A stretch of 62,239 nt of DNA, the filler included, from Choristocarpus tenellus KU-1152 (Eukaryota; Protista; Phaeophyceae), in assembly GCA_964200185.2 (NCBI GenBank). It is 13 parts of 13 records of this genome, joined end to end, with 100 filler letters (N's around TTAATTAATTAA, not from the genome) between each part and the next. Parts side by side here need not be neighbours in the genome. Positions count along the whole stretch, not along the records: positions 23,480 to 29,100 come from CAXNAD020010224.1; positions 29,201 to 31,888 come from CAXNAD020025636.1; positions 31,989 to 39,915 come from CAXNAD020005384.1; 10 more parts are not named here. The stretch is one strand, 5' to 3'. Below are positions 25,552 through 36,742 of the stretch, piece after piece. The notes beneath the pieces were generated by a model. It was not told where the DNA came from. It did not search any database and saw nothing but the letters and a program-made list of their open reading frames with translations. The position numbers were made by a program, and so were the translations under genes. How positions within the stretch are numbered: the first letter of the stretch is position 1; each line of letters opens with the position of its first letter.

Positions 25552-27784
25552 CTTCTTCAATGGTGCCAAATGCAGGACTACAAATCGACTTTTTTTTACT
25601 CCAATAGAGTTCCATTTGTCAGAAGTTGACTATACTTGAATGAATGGTCGTAATTTACAAATAAATCTCTATGATTCAGAACACTACATCTATTCAAAAA
25701 TTTGAAATCTTATGTTTATAGAACGTGTATGCCCGTACATGGTGGTAGCAACACCTGCTGTCATTTGTAACTGTTGTAAGGCCTGAAGAAAGTCGAAGAC
25801 TGACCCCTAGGGACTCCCAGTATACACAAGCCGGGCTTCGATTGGCACCCTTCGTATTGCATGCTCACCCTACCCTTGTTTTGTCTTCCTGTCCCCTCGG
25901 AATGTTGTCCTTGTGCCGCAGGACACACGACGAAAGTTTGCTATGATGCCCATAGCAGAGCGGCAACCCTTGATGCAGAGGGCAGCAGCAGCGCCTGACC
26001 GTACCATGGGTCACAAGCGCAACTGGAAAGAGATGCGTAGCAGCCTCCTATTGCTTTCTGTTTAGCCCCCCCAAAATTGTGTGATGTTGATACGTCCCCT
26101 GCCCTTCATTTTATCAAGGATCACGAAAATAGAGTTGCAGAATGGTAGTGCTTCGTGCGTCCTACAAGTGAAACATGAAGGCATTTTGTTGGATAAGTGT
26201 TACACACACAACCCCCCCCCCACACACACACAAACAATACTGCTATTTGTAGAACTCTGAGGGATAATAGTTCACTGGAGTGTCCGTCAAATGGATCAGC
26301 ATAGACAAAACTCTATCGTTACTAGGAGACAGACTCTTCATGACTGCATTTTTTTGTGCGACCACTCTTCCATCTCTTCAGAACACTAAACTTTAAAACC
26401 TGATTTCGACTTTTGAAACCTTCTACGAAATTTTCTAGAAATGGAATTTTTTCGTGCACGTTGTAGTTAGTCATTCGTGTTGATGTTGGTGGAAGGCGAT
26501 CTTATCTTGTGGAGTATCGTGCGCACGTGCGCGATCTGTTGGCATCTAAGGTTTGTGGTGACCCTCTTACTCAGGTGACTGGATGAGAATAATTATGCCC
26601 GCTGTTGGCTTTTTTTTGTATCATTTGTGTTGTTTCCTTTATGACTGGTATTGCTGGTACAAGTAGTCCTATTATAGTCACTAAAACTGGTTTACGATTT
26701 ACTACTTCTACTACTGCTTCTACTACTACTACTACTACCAGTACAACAAGAAAAATATTGGTAAGGATGACAAAAATAGATAGTAACAACATGTAAATTA
26801 TTGTTGAGGAACGAGAAAGGATGAGGCTTCAGGTGCAATAATGGTTCTAATAGTGTAGTACTATGACATATGTGCGATGTATGGAACAACATGCATACAC
26901 CACATTGCATATTACACCATACCTACATAAACATGTCCTACAAAATAGGACTTAAAAGAACATCACAATAATAATAATAACTGTACAGAGAGTGGTACTA
27001 TTGTGTGTGTGTGTGTGTGTGGTGGTAGCACTAGACGCAACTTTTACTCAAACTACTTTTTCTAACACACCTAATTTATACTTCCTCCGTTCAGAAATAA
27101 GTGTAACATAAATCTTGCAGTCCTGATTAAGAAGCAAGGTTTTCTTCACATGTTCAAGTTTAATGGGTACATCGTGCGGACTCTAAAAGGTTGTCCACCA
27201 AAATCTCAATTAAAATGGGGTACCCTACTACACCTATCTATGATTCTGTCCTCTAAGACCCTCCAAAAATCCATTCCATCATGGTATTTTGCCATATCCA
27301 CTAGGGCTTTCGGGGGGGGCTTGCCTGCCTCCTCAGTCTTTCCTTGCTAGGATGTGGTATTTTGAAAACGTTGCCACCCTTGGGCTCCAGCACTTCATTG
27401 TAGACTGCAAAGAGGCTCCTCCAGATGTGCTCTACTGTCTCCCACAGGTACACATTGAACACGTTCATTGTGGTCTCCACCACCTCCTCTGTGTTGGTCA
27501 CCTCCACATCTTCCTTCAGTTGTTGGATGGAACGTAAGAATCCCAGGATGTTAATGTTGAGGCCAGGTGAGTTGGCTGGCTGGGTCTCCTCGATTGCCTC
27601 CATGATCCCCCCCTTTTCTGTGACTTTGTCCCGTCCAGCTGCACGAAGATGGTGTGTCCTTCAAGCCTAGGCATGTGGGCCTTGATTGCCATGATAACAT
27701 CCTCGATCATGACCTTCTTCCAACTCTCTCTGTCCACCGTGGCTGGCACAAGCACCTTGAAGCCATTCAGGCAGTCTTTGCTAT

Positions 27785-28033
27785 AAGCCAAAGTACACAA
27801 GAGATACCCAGGTTTGGCTGTTTTTGTTTTTAAGTCTGTTTTCCAATCTTTTACAACTCAACCATGTTCCATGGATGTTCTAAGTTAGACTTGAGAGCGT
27901 TTATTTGTCATTTGAACTTTTCCGACACGATTAAGAAAATATCCTGTACGCATTTGTGAAAAAAGTCAAATTTTGGACATGTTTGTCAGCATCCTTAAAA
28001 TGCAACTGGGGTACCTCTCGTTTACTTTGACTC
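27785..28033. mobile_element. MITE family C inserted in the mariner transposase
   Basis: AAGCCAAAGTACACAAGAGATACC...GGTACCTCTCGTTTACTTTGACTC; colinear with 22826-23082. Confidence 0.88.
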
Positions 28034-28490
28034 TGGAGCCCTGAGCAGCCTTAGCGTCCACAATTGGCCGGATCTCGAATTCCCCATCGAACCACACCCC
28101 ATTGGAGAACTTCCTAAGGTGGGCCACAGCTGCAAGTAAAATCACCTCTGTGATGCAATGCATATTCTGTGCCTGTGAGGTTTTGGGGGGGGTCCTCAGT
28201 GGGGTGCAGATACACACCTTGCCCATCTTTGTGGATATAAATCACTTCCCATCCACATGCACCCAGTCATGTACATCGTGCATTAATACCCTACTTCCCC
28301 CACTCCTGTGTGTGTGGGGGATGACGAAACCCACCCTACTGACTTGTTGCTGATCTGAGAGGACTGTCTTAATCTACCGCTTGACCTTCACCTTCTCCCG
28401 CTTGCAGAGATCCCACAACGAGGCAAGGGAGACCCCAGCTTTGACCATACATTTGCAGAAGGATGTCAGGTGTACCAATGGGACATCCCA

Positions 28491-28675
28491 GGCTCATTGT
28501 ATCTGGGGAGCGGGGGGGAAGGTCTACACCAGGGTATCCATTCGGGCCATGACCAGGAGAAGTGCAATTACATTATCCATCCAACACATGAAACCAAATC
28601 ACATAAAAATCGCAACATGGAAAAAAGGGCCCCAAAATGGACAGTTGCCACCTCCCCTTCCAGATACTTGGAGCC
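28491..28675. mobile_element. MITE family A, complete, inserted in the mariner transposase
   Basis: TIRs GGCTCATTGTATCTGG / CCAGATACTTGGAGCC; CCA duplicated on both sides. Partial ends also near 34494, 39879, 45987, 46149, 52670 and 62184. Confidence 0.9.
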
Positions 28676-29817
28676 CCAAAGATCAAGGGTACTTGTACGG
28701 TGGCCACATTGCTGCTTGCAATTTCGTACAAGGTCCATGCATCCATCCGGTGTGATCTAGCGGTCATACTCCTTCAGATGATGGAATGTGACTTGGGAAA
28801 TTCCGAAGTCCACTGCAATGGCTGATGCTGTCCCCTGAGTCATCTGAGTCTGTCTCGTGCTCTCTCACCTCCAGGCATAACTCCCCCACATTTGTTTGTC
28901 AGGGTGTTTGAGCCCAGACTCCGGACAGACTTCTGGACCAAAGAATTGGGACCAACAGACAAGAACGGTATGAGCAGATGTCCACTTGAACGATGGGGGG
29001 CCTTTGTCCATGGCATTCCAATAAACACCTGCTTTGAAGGGCCCCGCTACGAATGGGAATCCATCCCGAAGGTGGTAGTACAACAGTGTGTGGGGGGCGG
29101 NNNNNNNNNNNNNNNNNNNNNNNNNNNNNNNNNNNNNNNNNNNNTTAATTAATTAANNNNNNNNNNNNNNNNNNNNNNNNNNNNNNNNNNNNNNNNNNNN
29201 TGGACAAGGCCTTCAGCCAGTAGGTGCAGCGATGGGAGGAGGGACGCTGGGATAGGCGAGAGGCAGAGGCTGTAAGGGTCAGAAGGGAGACTGAGGAGGT
29301 GGAGGAATGTCAGGAGCTGGAAATGAAGAGGCAGGATGAGATTACTCAGTTTGGAACATACAGAGGTGCAAGTGGGGGGCTAATGGATCCACCTGGTGAT
29401 GTGATGGTAATGAATTCCTGCCGTGTTTCTTGTGCCTCCTTTCGACTTTTCCAAACATCTCTCACCAGTATTGCATTTCGATTTCCTGTTTTCATAGATA
29501 GTGGAGATTATTTTTGATTGAAAACATAAGTGGGCATGCCTTCTTGTTGATGGCTGGCCAGTATTTGCTATCTGTCACTGGCTTGTTGTTTACTCTGGAG
29601 TGCTTAGACTGCGGGAAATATGCCATTGATCACGGAAATCACACTGTGTATGGCATGAACAAAAGGTGTTACTATGAAGACTTTGTGGGGGGCTATAAAC
29701 CTTTCACGGTGGGTGTGCATTTGTGGGAATTTTGTGCATTTAAGAGCTGCGCATCGATGTACTGTGCTTTCATGTCATAACGAGGGGTTCAGTGTATAGT
29801 ACATTCCATTAAAGAAC

Positions 29818-31151
29818 ATCTCCAATCGTTATTTGATCCCCACAGAATGTCAAGTATCCCATCAGTATTTTCTGTTGATATGTACGGGGCAGGATCTGAT
29901 CTCCTGGTGCCATTGATCACAACCCTCGACACTACCCCAATGCTACAACCCTGTATCTCTTTGTTAAAGATTAATATGTGTTGGTCTCTGTGTGTTTCTG
30001 CAGTGCTCAATGGAGGAGGAGGCAAGGATGTGTGCTGTGGCTCACTGCCGGTCCAAGGTCATTGCAGAGCTGAAGACCCTACTCTTGGGGCAGCAAGTGT
30101 CCCAAATAGAAGGCTTGGAGAATATGCTGGCGCAAAAGAGCCTCTGTATGAAGGAGAAGGAGGACGGGGCATTAGCTCTGGGCAGCAATGCCAAGGTCCT
30201 GTCTGACCTAAAGAAGGACATTATGGTCAAGGTGAGGACTTTGTTTCAGTGTAAATGGAGTTACTTTTGGGTGAGTTTGACTCATGCGTACTCAATGGTA
30301 TTAACTGAGTTCTGGAAACAGTTAGAGGTTTGTCGAACCAATTTTCGTCCCCTCCCCGCCACAAATCTGCCCGGGAAAAACTGGGCAGTCTTACCTCCAC
30401 TGCACATCAACCTCCCCCATTCCTTGCTGAACGTGGTTCATAAGGCTTACCTTCTCCATTGTCTACATTCCCCTCAAAAAATATGTTTACAGAAAATCCA
30501 TTGTGATTTCTTGAGCCTCCCCCCAAGCCTTCTCCTTATACTACCCTGCCTCCCCAATGAATCAGGACCTGGCCCTGAAGAATCTGATTGTGCAGCTGGG
30601 GGACCGTCGGGCTTCAGCTGAAGCAGCTGCCATATCCCATGATTCGGAGCGTGAGTTACTCCTTACCTCAGTTGATACCATTGAGTACGTATGAGTCAAA
30701 CTCAATCAAAACTGGCTCCTCTTTACACTGAAAAAAAAGGCCTCACCTTGACGATATTGTCCTTGAGGTCCGACAGGACTTTGGCATTATTGGCCAAAGC
30801 TAATGCCTCCTCCTTCTCCTTCAGACAGAGGATTTTCTGCACCAGCATATTCTCCACGCCTTCTATTTGGGACACTTGCTGCCCCAAGAGTTTGGTCTTC
30901 AACTCTGCTATGATCTTGCACCAGCAGTGAGCCACAGCACACATCCTTGCCTCCTCCTCCATTGCATACTCCAGAAACACACAGAGATCAACACATATTA
31001 ATCTTCAACAAAAGAGATACAGGGTTGCAGCATTGGGGTAGTGTCGAGGGTTGTAATCAATGACACCAGGAGATCAGATCCTGCCCTGCACATACCCACA
31101 GAAAATATTGATACTTGACATTCTGTGGGGATCAAATAACGATTGAAGATA
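29818..31151. repeat. About 490-bp imperfect inverted duplication with about 360-bp spacer
   Basis: 29818-30309 is the reverse complement, with substitutions and small indels, of 30667-31151. ORFs 29992+ and 30980- encode near-identical MEEEARMCAVAHC..KVIAELKT.LLGQQVSQIEG peptides. Confidence 0.93.
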
Positions 31152-31284
31152 AGGAAGACCTGAACTCAGTACCCCTCAAGTACTCTAACATCCCACAACA
31201 TTCAAGCATTTACTCAAGGGCGTTTCTCAGGAAATTGTACACTCTGCTGCGAACACCAAGATAGACGACAAAAGGGGACCCCAT

Positions 31285-31542
31285 GAGTCAAAGTATCTTA
31301 GAGAGTAAAGCCGCGTCCATTTGGTGAACAAAATCCAATGTTGCGATTATGATGTAATTTTGGCTATGGTAATTGTTAGGAAGTGTCAATATCCTTGTTC
31401 CAGACACAGGTTTTCATAACGTACACATTTCACCCCCTCTGGACCATTTCGGAGTAGGAAAATGTCATAAAAAGTCCGTGTGAAACCAAGCCCCAAAAGG
31501 ACAAACCAAGAAAGACTCGTACCCTCTAAGATACTTTCACTC
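31285..31542. mobile_element. MITE family B, complete
   Basis: TIRs GAGTCAAAGTATCTTAGAGAGTA / TACCCTCTAAGATACTTTCACTC; CAT duplicated. Another family-B end at 31989-32029. Confidence 0.92.
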
Positions 31543-32025
31543 CATAGCACTACACCAATGACATCAAATCAGCAGCTAGCAGAGGAACAAATTATACTCC
31601 AATGCTGGATGATATCACAGAACTCTGTGACTTCAGTGCTTCGTCCACTTCACAGTCCGCATCTCAATCAATACAACTCACAAACACCATTCCACTCCAC
31701 ATGGAATTCACCCCGGTGAACTTTCGTGGTAGTGCTGTACACAATAAAAACACGCAGTAAAAATGCATTCGATGACGGCATGATTGTGGCAATTGGCCAA
31801 GACTTGTGGATGTGATGATATGTTATGGTCACAATGCACTCTTAAATGTATTTACTGAATATTATTGGGCGGGTTTGTTGGGGGATGGNNNNNNNNNNNN
31901 NNNNNNNNNNNNNNNNNNNNNNNNNNNNNNNNTTAATTAATTAANNNNNNNNNNNNNNNNNNNNNNNNNNNNNNNNNNNNNNNNNNNNTCTCAAATGGAC
32001 GCAGCTCTACCCTCTAAGATACTTT

Positions 32026-32724
32026 GGCTGTGTATACGGTTGCGACCACAAATACTTACAGGGCATTGGATCTAAAAATGGGGGTATCAGCACCATGGAC
32101 AGGTGGTGTGTACACGGTTTGGACAAAAAATAATTACCGGGCATCGAATATCAAAATGGGGATATCAGCACCATGGACAGGTGGTATGTACACGGTGGGG
32201 ACCACAAATAATTACAGGGTATCGAAACTACAAGATCGTGACATCACCACCATGGATGGGTGGTGTGTACACTGTTGGGACCACAAAGAATTACAGGGGA
32301 TCGAAACTACAATATGGTGACATCACCACCATGGTCAGGTGTTGTTCCACGGTTGGGAACACAAATAGTTACAGCGCATTGAAACTAAAATTTTTGATAT
32401 CACGATCAAGGATGGGTGATGTGTACACGGTTGGGACTACAAATAATTACAGTGCATCCAATTTAAAAATGCTGGAATCACCACCATGGACAGATGGGTT
32501 TTACATGGTTGGGACCACAAATAATTACAGGGCATCGAATCTAAAAATGCTCGAATCAGTACCATGGACTGGTGGTGTTTACACGGTTGAGACCACAAAT
32601 AATTACAGGGCATCGAATATACAAAAAATGGTGATATCACCACCATGGATAGGTGGTGTTTACACGGTTGGGACCACAAATAATTACAGGGCATCGAATA
32701 TACAAAAAATGGTGATATCACCAA
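32026..32724. repeat. Diverged ~78-bp tandem repeat, 9 units
   Basis: Consensus GTGGTGTGTACACGGTTGGGACCACAAATAATTACAGGGCATCGAATCTAAAAATGGTGATATCACCACCATGGACAG; units 77-81 bp. Confidence 0.95.
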
Positions 32725-33012
32725 TGTTAAGCTGTCCTTGGCGATCTGTTGTCTCACACAACTAATTATATTATTGTTTATTAACTTGTACCACAGTTAA
32801 GAAGAGAGTGAGATACCTTCACTAGGTGGGGCTCACCAATCCTAACATTGAATCTATTTCCCGTCAGAAACACTCCGACTCTAATAGTCCGTCGGTTTCT
32901 TCCGATCAAATACCCCGCCTAAATATCCCGAATGTTCCGCATTATCTTCTGTGCGTATATAAAATAATACTTCCAATCATATTCTCATAAATGGTCAAGC
33001 ATAATCTTGACA
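32725..33012. mobile_element. Isolated LTR (TG...CA), same family as 55673-55987
   Basis: TGTTAAGCTGTCCTTG...GTCAAGCATAATCTTGACA, colinear with the copy at 55673. Flanks ACCAA/GCAAG do not match. Confidence 0.85.
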
Positions 33013-33149
33013 GCAAGATAGTGGAGGAGCGTCAGCATGACCCTCTTCTTCCCTCTTAAGGTAATAAATGGTATATAAAGTTGGCCTGAGAGTACATGTT
33101 TGATCTATCTGATGCTGCTTGTTTGTTGGTCCCCTCTTAATCATGGTTT

Positions 33150-33850
33150 GCGTTTTGACACTATCCGTCAATGAGGACAAGCGTATGACCAGTGTATTTT
33201 CTGTTTCCAAAATCTGATGCAACGTCAGAGGAATTTGTGGTGGTGAGAGCAAAGCTTCACATAATATATCTGGTTTAATGCTTTTGTCACACAACCATGA
33301 AACAGGACCTCCAATACTTCAGATCTTTAGCATATTAACCTGTTTTGGGAGGATAGTAGAGCCTCAGAAATCTTGCATCTCATGGGATACTTCAAAAAGG
33401 ATGTTAATTGGCAAGGAGCATTTGCAGTCAACTGAAATATGTATGTCGAGTATGATCATCAAGTAGTATACCTTCTCAGCTATTGTAATTATGTCTTTAG
33501 TATGAACCATAACCAACCCACCCGTCCACTCCTGAACTACAATTGTTCTCATAAAGGTCGAACCACTGCACATAATAATACCATTTCAAAGCTCATTTAG
33601 AAGTTGAGAAGAAGAAGGCAATATGTTGATACTATTGTGCTGGAACACAAAGCAGCAATTCTTAAATTAAGTTGTGGCTACTGTAGTAAAACAAGTATTT
33701 TTCAGATGGTGCTTCTGTACTTCAATATGGAGTCGGATGTGGGACATACAGATGTACTCGGTGTTTCAAATCGTACTCTGTACGAAGTATACTCAATAAC
33801 ACAACTTGTTCCCTTAGTAGTATTGCACATCTCGGAAAATGTAACACCCG
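33150..33850 (-). mobile_element. Decayed Ty3/gypsy reverse transcriptase remnant
   Basis: Broken frames give LRIA, CSGSTFMRT (GLxNAPxTFxRxM-like) and a frameshifted YLDD, in gypsy RT order. Confidence 0.55.
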
Positions 33851-34749
33851 TATGAAACTATTGAGAAGTTTTAGAATTTTGCGCAACAAAGCATTGTCCA
33901 GGAAACGAACATCATAGAGCAAATGACCGCAAGTGTAATGATGTGGCGGAGTGTTTCTCACCCTAGCAGCTACCTGTGGGTGCACTAACATAGCAACCAT
34001 CTCCTGGTTACCACAAACGGTGGATTCTCTGTGTATGATGCTGCACATTTCACCCTCTTGGACCCTCAAGGTTTCAATGTGCATGCCAGAATGCAGCAAA
34101 CTATCGCCACTTGGACTTGGCAATTGCCATCTCGTGCACAAGGAGGAACACATCTCTCCTTCCTGTCATGTCACAGCCCTTAGACACCTTCCGTCCCCTA
34201 TGTTCTTGCTGGGTGAAGGAGCTTCTTGGAGGAGATAAGTGAGGCCGTGTGCTTGGACAGGCACAGAGAGGTTGACCAGCACATCAAAAGGGATGATGCC
34301 TGAAATTTGGCCTACACGTCTCCCTGGGGGGGTGCATCTTTCAGTTTTATCAATACTTGCATTTTTTTGGCAATGGGGACAGTGGTGCACTGACATTTGC
34401 ACTGTATGTGTCCTGTGTAGCACAACCGTTTTGAGTACATTAATTTATTTTAAAAAATAAATAAAAAATGATGTGCTACACAGGTGAAGAAAGGCTCAAA
34501 GTATCTGGGGGGGGTGGCGGCTGTCCATTTGGGGCCAATTTTTTCTATGTGGCGATTTTTACTGTGAGGTCAAACAGGAGGGTTCAACACACACAAGGGT
34601 CCCTATGCACCCCTTCCGACACCTAGATTAGTAATTCTACCTTAGATGTCACAAAGGAATAATTCGTCACAGCTGTGAGCATGACCGCAGCTGCAACAGT
34701 GATCCCCCACATGCAATGGTTTGCCAGCCTCTCATTAGAGAGGTTCTCT

Positions 34750-35612
34750 CACCATGTGCCCTTCAATAAAGTGCCCTGTTGCACCTCTTCATTTCGTGGG
34801 TTGTGTATGAGCTGGGACAATCTTTGAGCGCAGGGTCGTATCCCAGTTGATGTTGAGTCAGCCACAGTGACAATGGGATGACTCTTCTCAGCCTTTTAAT
34901 CCTTTTTACTTATTGATGCTTCTCACCTCTGTGCCACCATGGTAACCATGAAAGTTGAGTCATCTAAGCACCTGTCCACAGTAATGTCATGGATGCAACC
35001 AAACTTTGTGAGCAAGTGATGCCCCTTGTTAACAGTACTAAGTGATCTAGGCAGCATTTGTAGTCTACATAATATAATAGTACAAGGTACTCTGTAGTAA
35101 AATTTTGTAATTTCCTATGGTGGTGAGTGGACTGTGATGGTCACAGGGACTGTCAATCTCAATATATGCAAAAACGTATGAAGATGTCCTATCTTGGTAT
35201 CCATCACAGGGAAAAGAAGGAACAGCTTGGCAGCAAGAATTCCAAGAAAACATGCAACTAACATGAGGCAGGGGGGGGAAGACCTTGCCACGCTGGGCAG
35301 CGTCACAGAGCCTCTTCAAGAGTTCTCCATCCCCTGCCTCTAAGTAATAGCCAAAAATTAGTTGCATGTCTAGACACTCAAGGTATATGGTTACCATGGT
35401 GACAAAGAGGTGAGAAGTGCCATCAAGTAAAAAGGAACAAAAGGCTGTGAGAAGAGTCACCTCAATATCACTGTAGTTGAATCAACGTCAACTGGGATAT
35501 GACCTTGTGCTTGCTGGCTGTCCCATCTGACACATCCCACACTGTTTCAACTCAAACACAGCCCATGAAATGAACAAGTACAGCAGGGTATTGTATTGGA
35601 GGAGACGTGGTT
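34750..35612. repeat. Old diverged inverted duplication (arms about 34750-34967 and 35369-35612)
   Basis: Blocks TATCCCAGTTGA, TGACTCTTCTCA, TCCTTTTTACTT, CTTCTCACCTCT and CACCATGGTAACCAT recur as reverse complements in mirrored order. Confidence 0.85.
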
Positions 35613-35909
35613 CAGCATTCCTACCACTCGTCCCTCTGTTTCCTTGCTCAAATCGTCTTCGAGATCCGCCCCCAAGTTTCCACCTTGATCTTACATGACG
35701 TTTTGTGGTTGAGCATAGACATGTGTACAACCTGTTGAACTTATCATCGAAACCAAACTTCCGCTAAAAGAAGACTGGTATCGAAGGGGTTTGAATCTGT
35801 ACCCCATCAATAATTAATTGTAAACTGTATTTAAGTTCACAACACTCTTTCCACAACATAAAGGGAAAGATTAATATATACAAACCAATCATATCTTGCC
35901 GTCCGAATG

Positions 35910-35982
35910 GCCCTCGTGGCCCAATGGATAAGGCGTACGCCTACGAAGCGTAAGATTGCGGGTTCGATCCCCGCCGAGGGTT
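35910..35982 (+). tRNA. trnR-ACG: tRNA-Arg (ACG)
   Basis: Cloverleaf: acceptor GCCCTCG/CGAGGGT, D arm GCC..GGC, anticodon stem TACGC/GCGTA with loop CT-ACG-AA, T arm GCGGG-TTCGATC-CCCGC. It ends in a T run consistent with a Pol III terminator. Confidence 0.96.
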
Positions 35983-36642
35983 TTTATTGTAAAATATTGT
36001 TGTGATACTTGGTGTGGTATTCGTCCTATCCATACCTATTGCCAACATTTTATCGCCAAATGGGATATTGAAGGGCGCGATGATAGCGGGAGGAGAGAAA
36101 GAGGAAGTGAAGCTTCGCCATTTAGTAGTCGCTGTGCTCCAACAGCCCCAGAATGAGAGAAACAGTGGTGTGTATGTGCCTGGACGAGCCTGTGAGGGCT
36201 ATTATGCTGAGGGGGGGGAAAGAGAACAAGATATTCTGCTTTCTTCCACTAAGAAGCAGCCACAAATAGTGCTTGCGCAGTACCAGGGGTAAGGGGACAG
36301 TGAATGACTTTGTGGCCTATGCCTGAGGAAAAAGAGAAGCTCGAGCAGCTAGACATGTGCTCCTCTAACTGCATCAGGAGGAATGGGTGTGGCTTGGTAC
36401 CAGGAATGAAGTGCTGAACCAGGGTATAGAAGAAAGAGGTGGGTGTGTGCCAGGGGGGATCTGCACCTCCCTGTTCAAGAATTGATTAACGAAACCCCTC
36501 AATAATGTTATTCTAAACGAAGAATTTGTTGGAGAAAGCTTGGTGGAAGGGAACACCTGTTGAGCTGGACTCTCGGCTGATTCGGAAATAATTAGATACT
36601 TACACTAATATACTTATTTAACCCTACCCCAAACTCCAACTC

Positions 36643-36742
36643 TAACCCTAACCCTAACCCTAACCCTAACCCTAACCCTAACCCTAACCCTAACCCTAAC
36701 CCTAACCCAAACCCTAACCCAAACCCTAACCCTAACCCTAAC
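36643..36742. repeat. Interstitial telomere-type repeat (CCCTAA)n, about 16 units
   Basis: Read directly; two CCCAAA variants; internal to the contig. Shorter tracts near 1058-1088, 49625-49641, 58125-58154 and 58273-58292. Confidence 0.95.

Larger units (their letters stand above)
27081..28900 (-). mobile_element. Decayed Tc1/mariner DD39D (plant-mariner-like) transposon with transposase pseudogene
   Basis: TA followed by a Stowaway-type terminus CTTCCTCCGTTCAGAAATAAGTG at 27081. Frames give WVHVDGKWF, ITEVILLAAVA...FDG, IFVQLDG, QPANSPGLNINILGF.SIQ and KGGNVFKIPH, the DD39D motifs HIDEKWF/KVMFLAAVA/QQDNA/QPPNSPDLNILDLG/GGNxYKIPH. Interrupted by two MITEs; the other TIR is not seen before the gap, so that boundary is approximate. 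Confidence 0.9.

Noticed and set aside
32026-32724. CRISPR-like array
   Set aside because: Whole units are homologous, with no unique spacers and no cas genes; the context is eukaryotic.
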